Notes: a model not told the origin generated them from the letters alone. DNA of 64,000 nt from Octopus bimaculoides (GCF_001194135.2 NC_068993.1:52612259-52676258); one strand, 5' to 3'; numbered from the stretch's first letter, positions 27,701 to 38,360 are shown. Made by a program: numbers and translations.

Positions 27701-30700
27701 TGTCACTAATATCACTTCTATCTCTAATAACTAATAAAATGGTCAGATATTGTTAGTATTCATAAGGCAACAAGCTGGCAGAATTGTTAGAATGTCAGAA
27801 ATATTGCTTAGTGACATTTCTTCTGGCTCTATTCATACTGAGTTCAAATCCTGCTGGGGTCTACTTTGTCTTTCACCTTTTACAATCAACTTACACTCAC
27901 CTCAGAGTTTCTAGCCTTGTGCCAAAAACATTAGAATTATTATTATACTTGTTATTCATATTCAACCAAGGTTGACTTTGCCTTTCATCCTTTCAGAGTT
28001 GATGAAATAAATAGCAGTCAAATACTGTGGTTGATGTGACCAATTAACCCCCTCTCACGAAATTTCAAGCCTTGTGCTTATATTCTAAAGGATTATTATA
28101 CTTGTTATTATGTTGAACTCTCCCAAGGTGGCGAGCTGGCAGAATTGTTAGCTCATTGGACAAAACGCTTAGCAGTATTTTGCCCATCACTACATTCTAA
28201 GTTCAAATTCCACCGATGTCGACTTTGCCTTTCATCCTTTCAGGGTCAATAAGTTAAGCATCAGTGAAACAAACACTGGGGTTGATATAATTGACTAGTC
28301 CCCACCCTCACAGATTTGAGGCTTTGTGCTTCCAGTAGAAATGATTGTTGACCTCTCCAGTTGCCACATTTTATCCAATTATTTTTTTACACGACATTTA
28401 TTGCAGCAATTCTAGCTATGAGGAACGACAATCCTACAACTACGATAACAACCATCCATATTCCAATACATATTCAAACCCACCTCCACACTGGGAGAAC
28501 AGGTATTGTGCTTAATTTATCATTGTATTCTGAATAGGTTAAGATTGTAATTAATGACAGGAATTTTAAGAGATTGTTGTTTCCATGCCCCTTTTTTTCT
28601 GTAAATGTAGTGGAACTCTGCTTCAAATTTTATTTGTGTTTATCTCTGCACTGCTACAACAGTTTAATATTGATTGGGGAGCAGTTACATTTTGCTTAGG
28701 CTACTTCCATAAGCTATAGCTGTCTGTCACTTGCAAGTGAATCTAACCTGATAAGATAAGCATGGACCATCATCATCATCATCGTTTAACGTCCACTTTC
28801 CATGCTAGCATGGGTTGGACGATTTGACTGAAGACTGGTGCAACCGGATGGCTACACCAGGCTCCAATCTAATTTGGCAGAGTTTCTACAGCTGGATGCC
28901 CTTCCTAACGCCAACCACTCAGAGAGTGTAGTGGGTGCTTTTACGTGTCACCTGCATGAAAACGGCCACGCTCGAAATGGTGTCTTTTATGTGCCACCCG
29001 NNNNNNNNNNNNNNNNNNNNNNNNNNNNNNNNNNNNNNNNNNNNNNNNNNNNNNNNNNNNNNNNNNNNNNNNNNNNNNNNNNNNNNNNNNNNNNNNNNNN
29101 NNNNNNNNNNNNNNNNNNNNNNNNNNNNNNNNNNNNNNNNNNNNNNNNNNNNNNNNNNNNNNNNNNNNNNNNNNNNNNNNNNNNNNNNNNNNNNNNNNNN
29201 NNNNNNNNNNNNNNNNNNNNNNNNNNNNNNNNNNNNNNNNNNNNNNNNNNNNNNNNNNNNNNNNNNNNNNNNNNNNNNNNNNNNNNNNNNNNNNNNNNNN
29301 NNNNNNNNNNNNNNNNNNNNNNNNNNNNNNNNNNNNNNNNNNNNNNNNNNNNNNNNNNNNNNNNNNNNNNNNNNNNNNNNNNNNNNNNNNNNNNNNNNNN
29401 NNNNNNNNNNNNNNNNNNNNNNNNNNNNNNNNNNNNNNNNNNNNNNNNNNNNNNNNNNNNNNNNNNNNNNNNNNNNNNNNNNNNNNNNNNNGGTATGCAC
29501 ACTGACATTACACATCCAGCGGAGCATACTGGCTTCATTCCTTGCGAGCTTACGCATGTCCTCAGCAGTCACAGCCCATGTTTCACTGCCATGTAGCATG
29601 GCTGTTCGTACGCATGCGTCATACAGTCTGCCTTTTACCCTGAGTGAGAGTCCCTTTGTCGCCAGCAGAGGTAAGAGCTCTCTAAACTTGGCCCAGACTA
29701 TTCTTATTCTAGCAGTCACACTTTCAGCGCACCCACCCCGACTACTAACTTGGTCACTTGCTTTAGTTGTGTGTATGTGGTCATGAGCAGACACAGGCAG
29801 TGTCTCAACCTTCCTTAACTTCACCTAGCAGAACATCAGTGCTGTGACAGTTGGAAGGACAAAGTTTCACCAGCAGTTGACTGAACAGGAGAAACATGAA
29901 ATGAAGCGCCTTGCTGAAAGACGCAACACACTGCCCAGTCCAGGAATTGAACACAGGGCCTAATGATTGTAAGCCCAACACCCTGAGCATTAGGTCGTGT
30001 GCTATTGTGACTACGTATTAAATATTTTATTCTTTTTCTGAAAGTCATCTTGTCTCGGCTATCTTTCCTTTCCTGGGACAGATGCATTTTGTCAAACTCA
30101 TTTTAAGTATTATTGTCATGTAGGGTTAAATATCATGGTTGATGTAGAATATCTCTCTTGGAATGTGAAGTGGAAAAGATGTCCTGGTTGTTTTTCCTGG
30201 AACTTAACCTAATTTAACCACATCATGTGCTGGCCACTTGTTTAATATTAAGACATCTGAGTGGGACCTTATATAATTTCAGTGGTCACTCACTCTGCTA
30301 AAAGTAGCAGCTAAATCACTCCCTACTGTTTTCTAGATGGAATGGACACATTACATAATGTGTCCAGTCCATGTCTGACCCAAGTTAAACAATATAATAT
30401 CAGTATTAACTTGCTCAGATGTTGGCCCGCCTGTGTCTAACTTTACTCTTGCTTGGGAGCTCAAGAATAATGATTGAAGGCAAACTAATGGACAGAATCA
30501 GCTGCATTTTTTTCTCTGTATTTTGTTTATCATTGCTTTACCGAAAATCTGGCAGAGATGACTTTTAACCGATTCCCTCTTGAAATGTATCATTTCTACT
30601 TTGCCATATTTCTTCAGTTTCATTTGCTTGTCTCAAAATGACAATAATAATAATGTCTGATTTGTCACTCTACAGGCATCCCACAAGTCAGTCCACTCAC

Positions 30701-32625
30701 AGGTTTGTTTATTCTTTATATCCTAGACAGACTGGCTGAGGGTTTTCTAAAGTAAAGCAAAAAAACTTAAGCATTAATAATGGTCATTTCAGAATATATA
30801 AACTTCTACCTAGCTTATATTATGCATGTTCAAAGTTGCAGTGGTTTGGCTTTTAAAAAAAAAAAAAAAAAAAAAAAAACGCTAGTGTNNNNNNNNNNTA
30901 GTGTAGTCCTAGCCTGCTTCTCCTGCCCCCTTTTTTGTGTGCCCTCTTATTTTCACTGCTGCTTTTTTTTCCAACTTTACCCACTTGGAGATTTAAAAGG
31001 AGTAAGTTTTCAACCCCCTTTTACTCTTTAAGAAAAAAAAAAAAAGCTTCAATTTTCAAAATTCTTAAGCCAACAGCACCAAAAATGATGCTTCAGAACC
31101 TTCCTTGTAGAGCATATTCTTTTAGATAGGTAAGGGATCTATCTGGATTAAGCCTAATGCATCCTTTACCTAACAGATAAGAATTAGCAAAAGGAAAAGC
31201 GTCCAACATTAAAACACTGTCCCAATAATATCTAACCCATGCTGGCATGGAAAAACAACCATAAAAACAAATGAATGTAATGACATTCCTCTGCAACTTA
31301 AATGATATAACTGCTCTTTATCACCATTTAATGACATAATTTAAGCTATCCTATATTTCAAAATAAAATAGTAATGTCCATCTTAAACCATGCCAGCATA
31401 GTTATAAATACAATCAAAACAACAATTCAGTAAGCGATAATGGTAAAAAGTTCTTTTGTAAAGTAGCATTCTTTAAAGGTCTGTTAGCCTTCTGTGAATG
31501 TAAACTATGAACTTGTTTCACCCAAACGTAATTTAACTTGTTCACAAAATAGAATTTTTAAAAAAGTTGGTACTGTGCAGTGTTGTTTTCACTATGCTCA
31601 AATTCCTAGCCCTCCCTCTCAGTTATTCTAACATTGTAAAAACTGCTCTAACAAATTAATGTGTTTCATTTTCAATAATCTTCTTTTCTTGTAATTAGAA
31701 GCAACAACTTTGAGAGGTGGGACTATAACAGAGACCGTAGCCCTCAACGAGAATCTGATTACAACAGGTGACATTTGTACTTTATTCTGAAAATTTGCTT
31801 GAACATTTTAAGAAAAAAATTTTAGTTTAGAATGCAAAAATCCTATTTTATTCCACCAATAAACGCCCAACATGTAGAATTTGGAGTTTTTATTTATAAA
31901 AATAGTCAGATTAGAAATGAAATTGGCAGTTTGAAAAGAAAGTTTTAATAGTGTTTTTTTTTATGACTGACTTCCCTCGTGAGACCTTAAGATTTACTAA
32001 ATATTTAATTAGGTCTGCAGATTTTAATTGTATATTTTATGAACATTGTGCTAGTTTTATAATAAAAAGCAACTTTAGGAGAATATTAAGTCCAAATTAA
32101 ATTTAGTATAAGGGAAAAAAAAACTTGAAGGCTTAATTTTATTGTTTGTACAACTTTTCACAAAATAATTTTAAATATAGGTTTCTTTTCTTGTGATAAA
32201 ACTTCGCTATATATTTAATTTGATATTTATTTCTGTTATTATGAGGAGTGGGTACCGCCGTGACCGTGAAAGAGAACGGGATCGTGAGAGAGACAGGTCT
32301 TGGTCAAGAGATCGTGAACGCACTCGAGAACACAGACATAGAGACAGAGAAGACAGGCACCGTTCACGCAGGTAAGGAATACTTGTGATGACTGGTCTTT
32401 TAAAGTTTACTGCTAAAATTCTCGTTTGTCTCTTAAATTTTAATTGCCAAAAAACATTGTCTTTCTTGTTGCTGTAGGAAACATCGGGATGAAGAAGAGA
32501 CAAATGAACATCACCGTTCTAAACACAAGAAAGCAAAGAAGTCAAAACGAGAAAAAGAAGAGGAGGGTAATGATAGCTCAGGCTTAGCTGTAGGAGGAAA
32601 TGTCCCTCCTGAAGATGTTCCTTGA
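12735..32625 (+). CDS. FIP1L1: Pre-mRNA 3'-end-processing factor FIP1, 17 exons: 12735-12798, 14146-14185, 15005-15137, 16035-16141, 17844-17893, 18065-18196, 20201-20310, 21628-21703, 22521-22689, 23571-23692, 24910-24987, 26677-26710, 28407-28502, 30676-30702, 31699-31767, 32246-32371, 32478-32625 (1581 nt, 526 aa)
   Basis: N-terminal EDDDAWLYG; acidic [18 protein letters not shown]; Fip1 motif [36 protein letters not shown]; TIDVIG; Pro-rich region; RD/RE/RS repeats; [10 protein letters not shown] tail. All phases are consistent. Confidence 0.95.
14146..14185 (+). CDS. FIP1L1: FIP1L1 exon 2
   Basis: Poly-T tctag acceptor, [13 protein letters not shown], donor AG|gtaagt. Confidence 0.8.
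14238..14438. mobile_element. hAT-like MITE
   Basis: TIRs cattgattttcaaccag / ctggttgagaatcactg, with degenerate 8-bp flanks tcttagag / ctttagaa. Confidence 0.6.
15005..15137 (+). CDS. FIP1L1: FIP1L1 exon 3
   Basis: [10 protein letters not shown]...EAGEL, donor TTG|gtaagt. Confidence 0.85.
15185..15750 (-). mobile_element. Mariner transposon 5' part (TIR and HTH region, disrupted)
   Basis: [31 protein letters not shown]...[23 protein letters not shown]. Hsmar-like TIR tatcaggtttagtaaaaagtaagcaacg. Confidence 0.85.
16035..16141 (+). CDS. FIP1L1: FIP1L1 exon 4
   Basis: [35 protein letters not shown]. Confidence 0.92.
16375..16895 (+). mobile_element. RTE-related 3' UTR with (GAT)n tail
   Basis: Repeated ggtggcacgt motifs leading into the common tail. 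Confidence 0.8.
16896..17122. mobile_element. piggyBac-like MITE (~225 bp)
   Basis: cctttagcatt...cactaaaaggttaa; homologous to 18206-18436. Confidence 0.65.
17844..17893 (+). CDS. FIP1L1: FIP1L1 exon 5
   Basis: ttccag| [16 protein letters not shown] |gtaat; phases 2 and 1 fit the neighbouring exons. Confidence 0.8.
18065..18196 (+). CDS. FIP1L1: FIP1L1 exon 6
   Basis: [33 protein letters not shown]. Confidence 0.95.
18206..18436. mobile_element. piggyBac-like MITE (~225 bp)
   Basis: TTAA|CCCTTTAG...CTAAAGGG|TTAG. Confidence 0.7.
18700..19025 (+). mobile_element. SINE family D (degenerate tRNA head, gttcactcagctgtag core)
   Basis: catggctcagaggttagagcatc head; cttgagcaagac and ccagttcactcagctg motifs. 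Confidence 0.55.
19335..19575 (+). mobile_element. RTE ORF C-terminus and tail fragment
   Basis: [29 protein letters not shown] followed by ggcgttaggaaaggcatcc. Confidence 0.7.
20201..20310 (+). CDS. FIP1L1: FIP1L1 exon 7 (Fip1 motif)
   Basis: [37 protein letters not shown]. Confidence 0.96.
21628..21703 (+). CDS. FIP1L1: FIP1L1 exon 8
   Basis: tttcag| [25 protein letters not shown] |gtaag. Confidence 0.8.
22521..22689 (+). CDS. FIP1L1: FIP1L1 exon 9
   Basis: [29 protein letters not shown]..., donor TA|gtgagt. Confidence 0.87.
23571..23692 (+). CDS. FIP1L1: FIP1L1 exon 10
   Basis: [40 protein letters not shown]. Confidence 0.87.
23983..24385 (+). mobile_element. SINE family A (spans a small N gap)
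   Basis: tggctgtgtggttaagaagtttgct head; gaatgaaacaagtaaaggataaaaga tail. Confidence 0.75.
24910..24987 (+). CDS. FIP1L1: FIP1L1 exon 11
   Basis: ttttacag| [26 protein letters not shown] |gtaagt. Confidence 0.85.
26677..26710 (+). CDS. FIP1L1: FIP1L1 exon 12
   Basis: Long polypyrimidine tract + cag, [11 protein letters not shown], donor CG|gtaaat. Confidence 0.78.
27190..27700 (-). mobile_element. RTE-related tail, duplicated across an N gap (probable assembly overlap)
   Basis: 27190-27327 is identical to the start of the post-gap contig at 27515. Confidence 0.75.
28407..28502 (+). CDS. FIP1L1: FIP1L1 exon 13
   Basis: [31 protein letters not shown], donor AG|gtattg. Confidence 0.82.
28768..29775 (-). 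mobile_element. 5'-truncated RTE LINE spanning an N gap
   Basis: [27 protein letters not shown]...[22 protein letters not shown]...MLRWMC, with the 3' UTR and (GAT)n tail at 28768. Confidence 0.88.
30676..30702 (+). CDS. FIP1L1: FIP1L1 candidate 27-nt microexon 14
   Basis: ctctacag| (R)HPTSQSTH |gtttgt; frame-preserving, phase 2-2. Confidence 0.5.
31699..31767 (+). CDS. FIP1L1: FIP1L1 exon 15
   Basis: [22 protein letters not shown]; TAGAAG tandem acceptor. Confidence 0.85.
32246..32371 (+). CDS. FIP1L1: FIP1L1 exon 16 (RD/RE/RS-rich)
   Basis: [41 protein letters not shown], donor AG|gtaagg. The acceptor must be GAG. Confidence 0.85.
32478..32625 (+). CDS. FIP1L1: FIP1L1 last coding exon
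   Basis: [30 protein letters not shown]...EDVP*. Confidence 0.9.
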
Positions 32626-32676
32626 GGACCAAAAGGTGTATGTCAACCGTTTCTTTCCAAAAGTTATTTCCTAAAA

Positions 32677-32835
32677 AATAAAAAAAATTTAAAGAAAAAA
32701 AAAAAACATCAACCATGATGTTATATCACTTGTTTTTGTAATAAAAAAATTATTTCAAATTTGTTATGTTTGCATTATTTTTCTGCAGTTACAATAGGCT
32801 GAAGTAAATATTTGTAGGTTATACTTCTGAATAAA
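32677..32835 (+). terminator. Three tandem AATAAA signals in the FIP1L1 3' UTR (32677, 32740, 32830)
   Basis: TGTA motifs at 32737 and 32813 precede the second and third signals. A G/U-rich tract follows the third. Confidence 0.6.
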
Positions 32836-33021
32836 GTTATTTTAGTGATTTTGTTTTTTTTTCCCCTCTTCTATCTATCCTTACATATTTGCATGTTAAG
32901 TTGTCCCTCCCTTAGTAGACTGCATATTCTAGGGTTATTTGTAATGTGTTGGTCTGGAGCTTTCATCAATGAATAGTCAAGCCAAACATAGTACGTGAAC
33001 TTAGCATTAAATGCAGGTTAT

Positions 33022-33027
33022 TTTATT
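33022..33027 (-). terminator. Candidate formin poly(A) signal
   Basis: The only TTTATT (+ strand) I found between the two stop codons, about 100 nt after the formin stop. Confidence 0.5.
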
Positions 33028-33126
33028 GACATTGAAAGTTTTTTGTTTCATTATTCACTGGGAAAAACTGTTGGCAGGAATTTGCTGGTTGACTGGTCCT
33101 CGTAGGGGTAATAATTTTCAGAGGCA

Positions 33127-33212
33127 TCATTCGACGAAACCATTTGCAATCATACTTATCAAACTTCCCATGATATCCGAGTCATCAACGTGACGTCTCC
33201 GTCTGCGGCCTT
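33127..33212 (-). CDS. INF2: Formin last exon (DAD-like)
   Basis: ttccag| [28 protein letters not shown]. Confidence 0.83.
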
Positions 33213-36200
33213 CTGGAATATACAAGGGAAAAAAAATCGTTTATTATTATTATCTATTATAAGGTTGAAATGGAAATAGTGTGGCTACTAAAATAGAGAA
33301 ACAAGGAAAGCAGTGACTGGAAAGTAAATTTGTAAGGGAGAAGAAAAGGTTTTGTTTCACGAGATAGGATAAAAGTAAGCTGTAGGGTTATGAAGCTCAC
33401 TTTGCAATCACAGGGATTTGGGTTCACTACTTCTGCATTGCCTTGGGTAAGTGTCTTTTGCTATAGTTACAGGCAGCTCAATGCCTTGACTGGACTACTG
33501 TTTTTTTTTCCTACTCTAGGGACACGGTCCGTCGTTTAGATCAATCCCAGTATGCAACTGGTACTTTATTGGCCCTGAAGGGAAAGGCAAAGTCGACCTC
33601 AGTGAAATTTGAACTCAGAACGTAAAGACAGACGAAATACTGCTAAGCATTTTGCCCAGTGTGCTAACAATTCTGCCAGCTCTCCAGCCTTCTCTGGAGG
33701 TCTGTGATCATGTGTACAACACTCTAATCACTAATGTATGACCTTAAGTACTCAGTACATGATCTAAAGTGGCTCTCTTTAGGAAGGGCGTTCAACTGTA
33801 GAAACCATAGCAAGGCAGACACTAGTGCATGGCAGAGTAAAAGATGTTTTGGATTTTATCAGCTTGTTCTATTAAAACTTTCATAGCACTCTAGTAATGG
33901 CCATAATCCAATGATTGAAATAAATAAAAAGAAATATAAAAGACTTGCTTTCATGACACAGCAAAATTACTTACTTTCATCCAGTTCTGTCTTTGAGTTT
34001 AATTCTTTTCTTTTGTTCATCAGTTTTTGTTGTTCTCTTTTCTTTTGGCTCTTCTGTTGCATTTCCAACCGAATTTTGTATTGTTTGTTATCCTATGACA
34101 TAATAATAATAAAGTTATTGAAGCATTGATGATGATTATACACCAACAATACCTTCCCACAAGGGAGGTGGAAGAGAGGTCCTTAAAAATAGCTGTAGGT
34201 GGGATACTTAAGGCAGATCTCTAAAAGCAGGGATCCAACTGGAGAGAAGCAAAAAAAGACAACCTAGAATCAAGGATCTGAGTGAAAAGTCACTGATGGT
34301 CTAGGCTCCATAGGGAGTGAAAGGCTTAAATAAAAGTAAAATGGTACATAACTACTAAGTCATCTGCTCACTTGTGAGTGATGGCCATGGTTAGGGTTGT
34401 GTTATTCAGAGTTGTAGGTCACTAATACTTTCAGACTGTCAACTTGTTTATTATATTAATATTTTGAGGCAACCATGTGACTTGGCCATTGTTAAGTGGC
34501 TAAGAAAGGATTGTCAGTCAATGTTGGTACAGAAATGTAATTCATAATCATTGACTCATGAATAGTACAAATACCAAAGTTCAAGTCTGGCCACTGCCAA
34601 ATAAACATTCTTTTATTTACACCAGTGTGTAAAATTCAAGTTGACAATTTCTTTGTTAATCACATGAGGGTCTTAACTATTTACCGTTTTAGCTATGTTA
34701 ATAATTAAGGTTACGTTTCAAAGATTTCCATAAGAAATGGAAAGGTGGTTGCACTGTAACCTGGAGAAATACCAATTTTAATTGAGTTTGGTTAACAAGT
34801 TACGTTAATGTATATGTAATAGACGGAAGGTGGAACTGAACCTGATGTTAAACCTAATATATGGTTATTGTTAAATTTCTATTGGCTTATTTACACCAGC
34901 AAATATTAACAGCTATCCAAGAACACATTTAAGAAACTACATATATAAAGTAGCTACTTAGAAAATCTCTATAAGAGTTGATAGTAGTAACTCTACTGAG
35001 AAGTAGTGTTCATTACCACATCAATATGTGCTATTCAATGTTACTACCGTTTATATATATATATAAACGTAAAATTCCACGGTACACGTGTTTCAAGCTT
35101 TATACCCAAACAGTATCATTATATGAGTATATAATTGATATACAGGATGGTTTAAAGCTATCTTCAGCCGCAAATATATTCTGTCCCAAGATTACATCAC
35201 AAAGAAAAAATCACAAGATATATATATATATATATATATGCATATATATATATCCATCCATCCAAATCTTCAACTATTTTCTTTCCTGTTCTAGAAAATT
35301 GAAATCTACCTTTTGACATTGCTTGGCACTTTGTAGGAAGTTGCTGAAACTGCTGAGGAATTCTTCCAACTTGAAGTCCTTTTTCTTCTCACAAAAATGA
35401 CCCCTTAACTTTTGAACCTTATCATCAATTTCTTTAAATTGGTCTTCAGTTTCTTGTATTTCCAATAAAGTTTCCTAGAAATTGAAGCAAAAAGGAAAAA
35501 TAGTCAAGCAAGCAAGAAATATGAAACCTGCAAGATTGCAAAATGGTAATTCAGAAACGGTGCAAGTCTGATAATTGGTTGCCTCCAAAATAAATGTATT
35601 ATATTCATGCTCCAAACAGGACTTTCTGTCTTTTTGTGTTTTGTGATGGTAGGCACCCCATCAGCTGGAATTCTACATACTTTGACACCTTCTCCAGCAG
35701 CAACTTGCTGTGTTCAGCTACCAGCCCAGGCTCTGCTGCTTGTTGGGCTGAGAAAGGCAAACTGTCAAAGCATTGAACACTCTGACAGGTTCATGGTCGA
35801 GCCTGTGGCAGTGGAGACCTCTGGCATCCTCAGCATAATTATAATCTATTCCATCGAAAACCAATCTCTAGAAAATTTCGTTTAAAAAATTATTCTTCAG
35901 AAATATAAGACATTCATCCTACACCATTTATGTTAATTCTGTGTGTATAGTGCAAAGAGTGACTGAAGAACTCAACCAACCAACATTGATAGTGGTTATT
36001 AGATAAAGGTTTAGAGCAGTGAGCAGACAGAATTGTTAGCACACTGATCAAAATGCTTAGAGGCATTTCCTCTGACTCTTCATGTTCTGAGTTCAATTTC
36101 TGCTGAGTTTGACTTTGCCCTTCATACACTTGGGCTGATAAAATAAGTACCAGATCAGTACTGGGTTGATGTAATCAAATCACTCACTCATCTCAATATT

Positions 36201-37016
36201 GCTGATTTTGTACAAAAATTAGAAAGAATTATTATATAAAGATTTTATGAGTAAAACAGAAACAATACAGACAACCTCTATGTTACATTGCTGATAATCT
36301 TACCATGAGAAAGAATTCTGTAACTTAATCAGATTTTGTTTTAACTTCTTAACTTTTCTCTAAAACCACAGACTTTTAGCAAATGGATTATTAAACAAAA
36401 CCGAAAAACACTGTTCATTTGTGAAAGACTAAGAGAGTGTGTTTGTGTGTGAGAGCAAGAGATTGTGTTCTATATGTGTGTGTACGTACTATATAAACAT
36501 GGAAAAGCATTGAAAAAATCATCTTATAAAATCCTTGAGGAATTCATCAGGAAATAGATGAACCTCTGCAAGATATGACTCACCTTAATGAAATCACTGT
36601 ATTGACCCTTTTCCTCAGTAGAGTTAATATCGGTGCTAAATCTTTTGACATTGGCTTTAAATACACCCAAGTCTTTCTGTAAGGCATCAATTGACAACCT
36701 GCAAAAGAGCAATACATCCTGAGTTATACATTTTTAGTAAATATATATATATATTTATACACACTATTACATATATACACACACTATCATATATATACAT
36801 GCATACACAAGATTATATATATACACACACTATCATATATATATACACACACATATATATATATACACACACTATCTTATATATAAACTATTTTATATAT
36901 ATATATATATATATATACACACTATTTTATTTATATATACATATACACATATATAGACACACACATATATACATATATATATATGCCCATATACACACAC
37001 ATCTATACATATACAT

Positions 37017-37063
<47 letters not shown>

Positions 37064-38360
37064 CATATGTGCTCAGTTCCTAAAACATCGTGCAAAGAAT
37101 ATAAGTAGCGATCGTGATACCCACCACGAAGAACTGGTGAAGCTCAGTAGCAATCTATTAAGCAACAACTACCCCAAAAACATACTATCCACTCCAATTA
37201 TGAAAAAAAAGAGAGGATGAAGCCAATAAACTGTCCACAGTCTGTCTACCCTATGTGAAAGGCCTCTCCGAAAAGATATGCGGCCCATATGACATCAGGA
37301 CAGCGTTCAAGAGTAATACAACACTTCGCAAATATCTCCTTCGAGTAAAACCACCAATAGAAGAAAATATGACCAAAGACTGCGTGTACTCCATCCCATG
37401 CAGCTGTGGTAGGTTATACAAAGGCGAAACATGCCGCCCCCATCAAAATAAGTTTAGAGGAACATTGCAAATCTGTGACACGAGGAGATATTGATAAATT
37501 GGGTATCGCTGATCATGTATAGAAAAATGGAGCCCATTTCCCCTTGTAAGTTAAAAATAATAGAGAACACTACTCGAAAATACGAAAACTAAAAGAAGCA
37601 GCACATATGCTAAGATACAGCAAACTCATAAGCAGACCGAGTGCAGATATGAGCACCATATGGGAACCAGTATTAAGGAAGGATAGATTTGTTTGAATAA
37701 ACCCTTCAAGGTGGCGCCACAGCATGACCACAGTTCAATGAATGAAACAAACAAATGATGAAAATGATCCAAAACAGTTGCTTGATCGAACAATTAACCA
37801 TATTTCTAAGTTACTATCTGAAATATTGAAAATAGGTCAAAGTGAAAAGGTTATGTTGCCACGTTTTTTTTTTTTAATATTTTATTTTAAAACTAAAATG
37901 TATAATATATTATATCAAGCCATAGGAAATTGCATAACTATGTGTGTGCGTGTGAGTGAGTAAGAGCGTTTTTGATTACTGTTTTTAGGCTGTTGACATA
38001 AACATGACACACACGTAAATTTTAAAGCTTTCTGTATTTTATTGAAAAACAAAGCTGTATTTTAATAAAACATGACGACGTAGCCCTATTTTAATACTTA
38101 TATATCTTATAATAATTTTGCTTGTCATTTCATTACTTAGCTCGTCGGTAACGCTTTCATGTGATTAGAGAAAAAGAGGGCGAGACGAAAAGAGGCAGAG
38201 AGAAGCGTCAATGACGTGAGGTAGAGGGAACGTAATATCTATTATGTGGTTAAAAAAATTAGTTGAAGGTAGTGATGATATAGAAAAGAGTTAAAGATAT
38301 TTTAGCAGAGGGGGTGATGTTCAGATGGTGAGGTTAAAGAGAGAGAGAGAGGAGGGAAAG

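Larger units (their letters stand above)
24520..28340. mobile_element. Cluster of at least seven SINE family B copies in both orientations in FIP1L1 introns 10-12
   Basis: Repeated ctgagttcaaat / tttgcctttcatcc motifs near 24600(-), 25340, 25560, 25790, 26090(-), 27840, 27980, 28200. Confidence 0.7.

Noticed and set aside
26900-29830. Long ORFs containing X runs (also near 56737-57182 and 60379-60561)
   Set aside because: Artefacts of N gaps; only the RTE part at 29492-29775 is real coding-derived sequence.
12799-32477. Numerous intronic AATAAA hexamers in FIP1L1 as possible autoregulatory intronic poly(A) sites
   Set aside because: Expected by chance at this AT content; none stood out without 3'-seq data.
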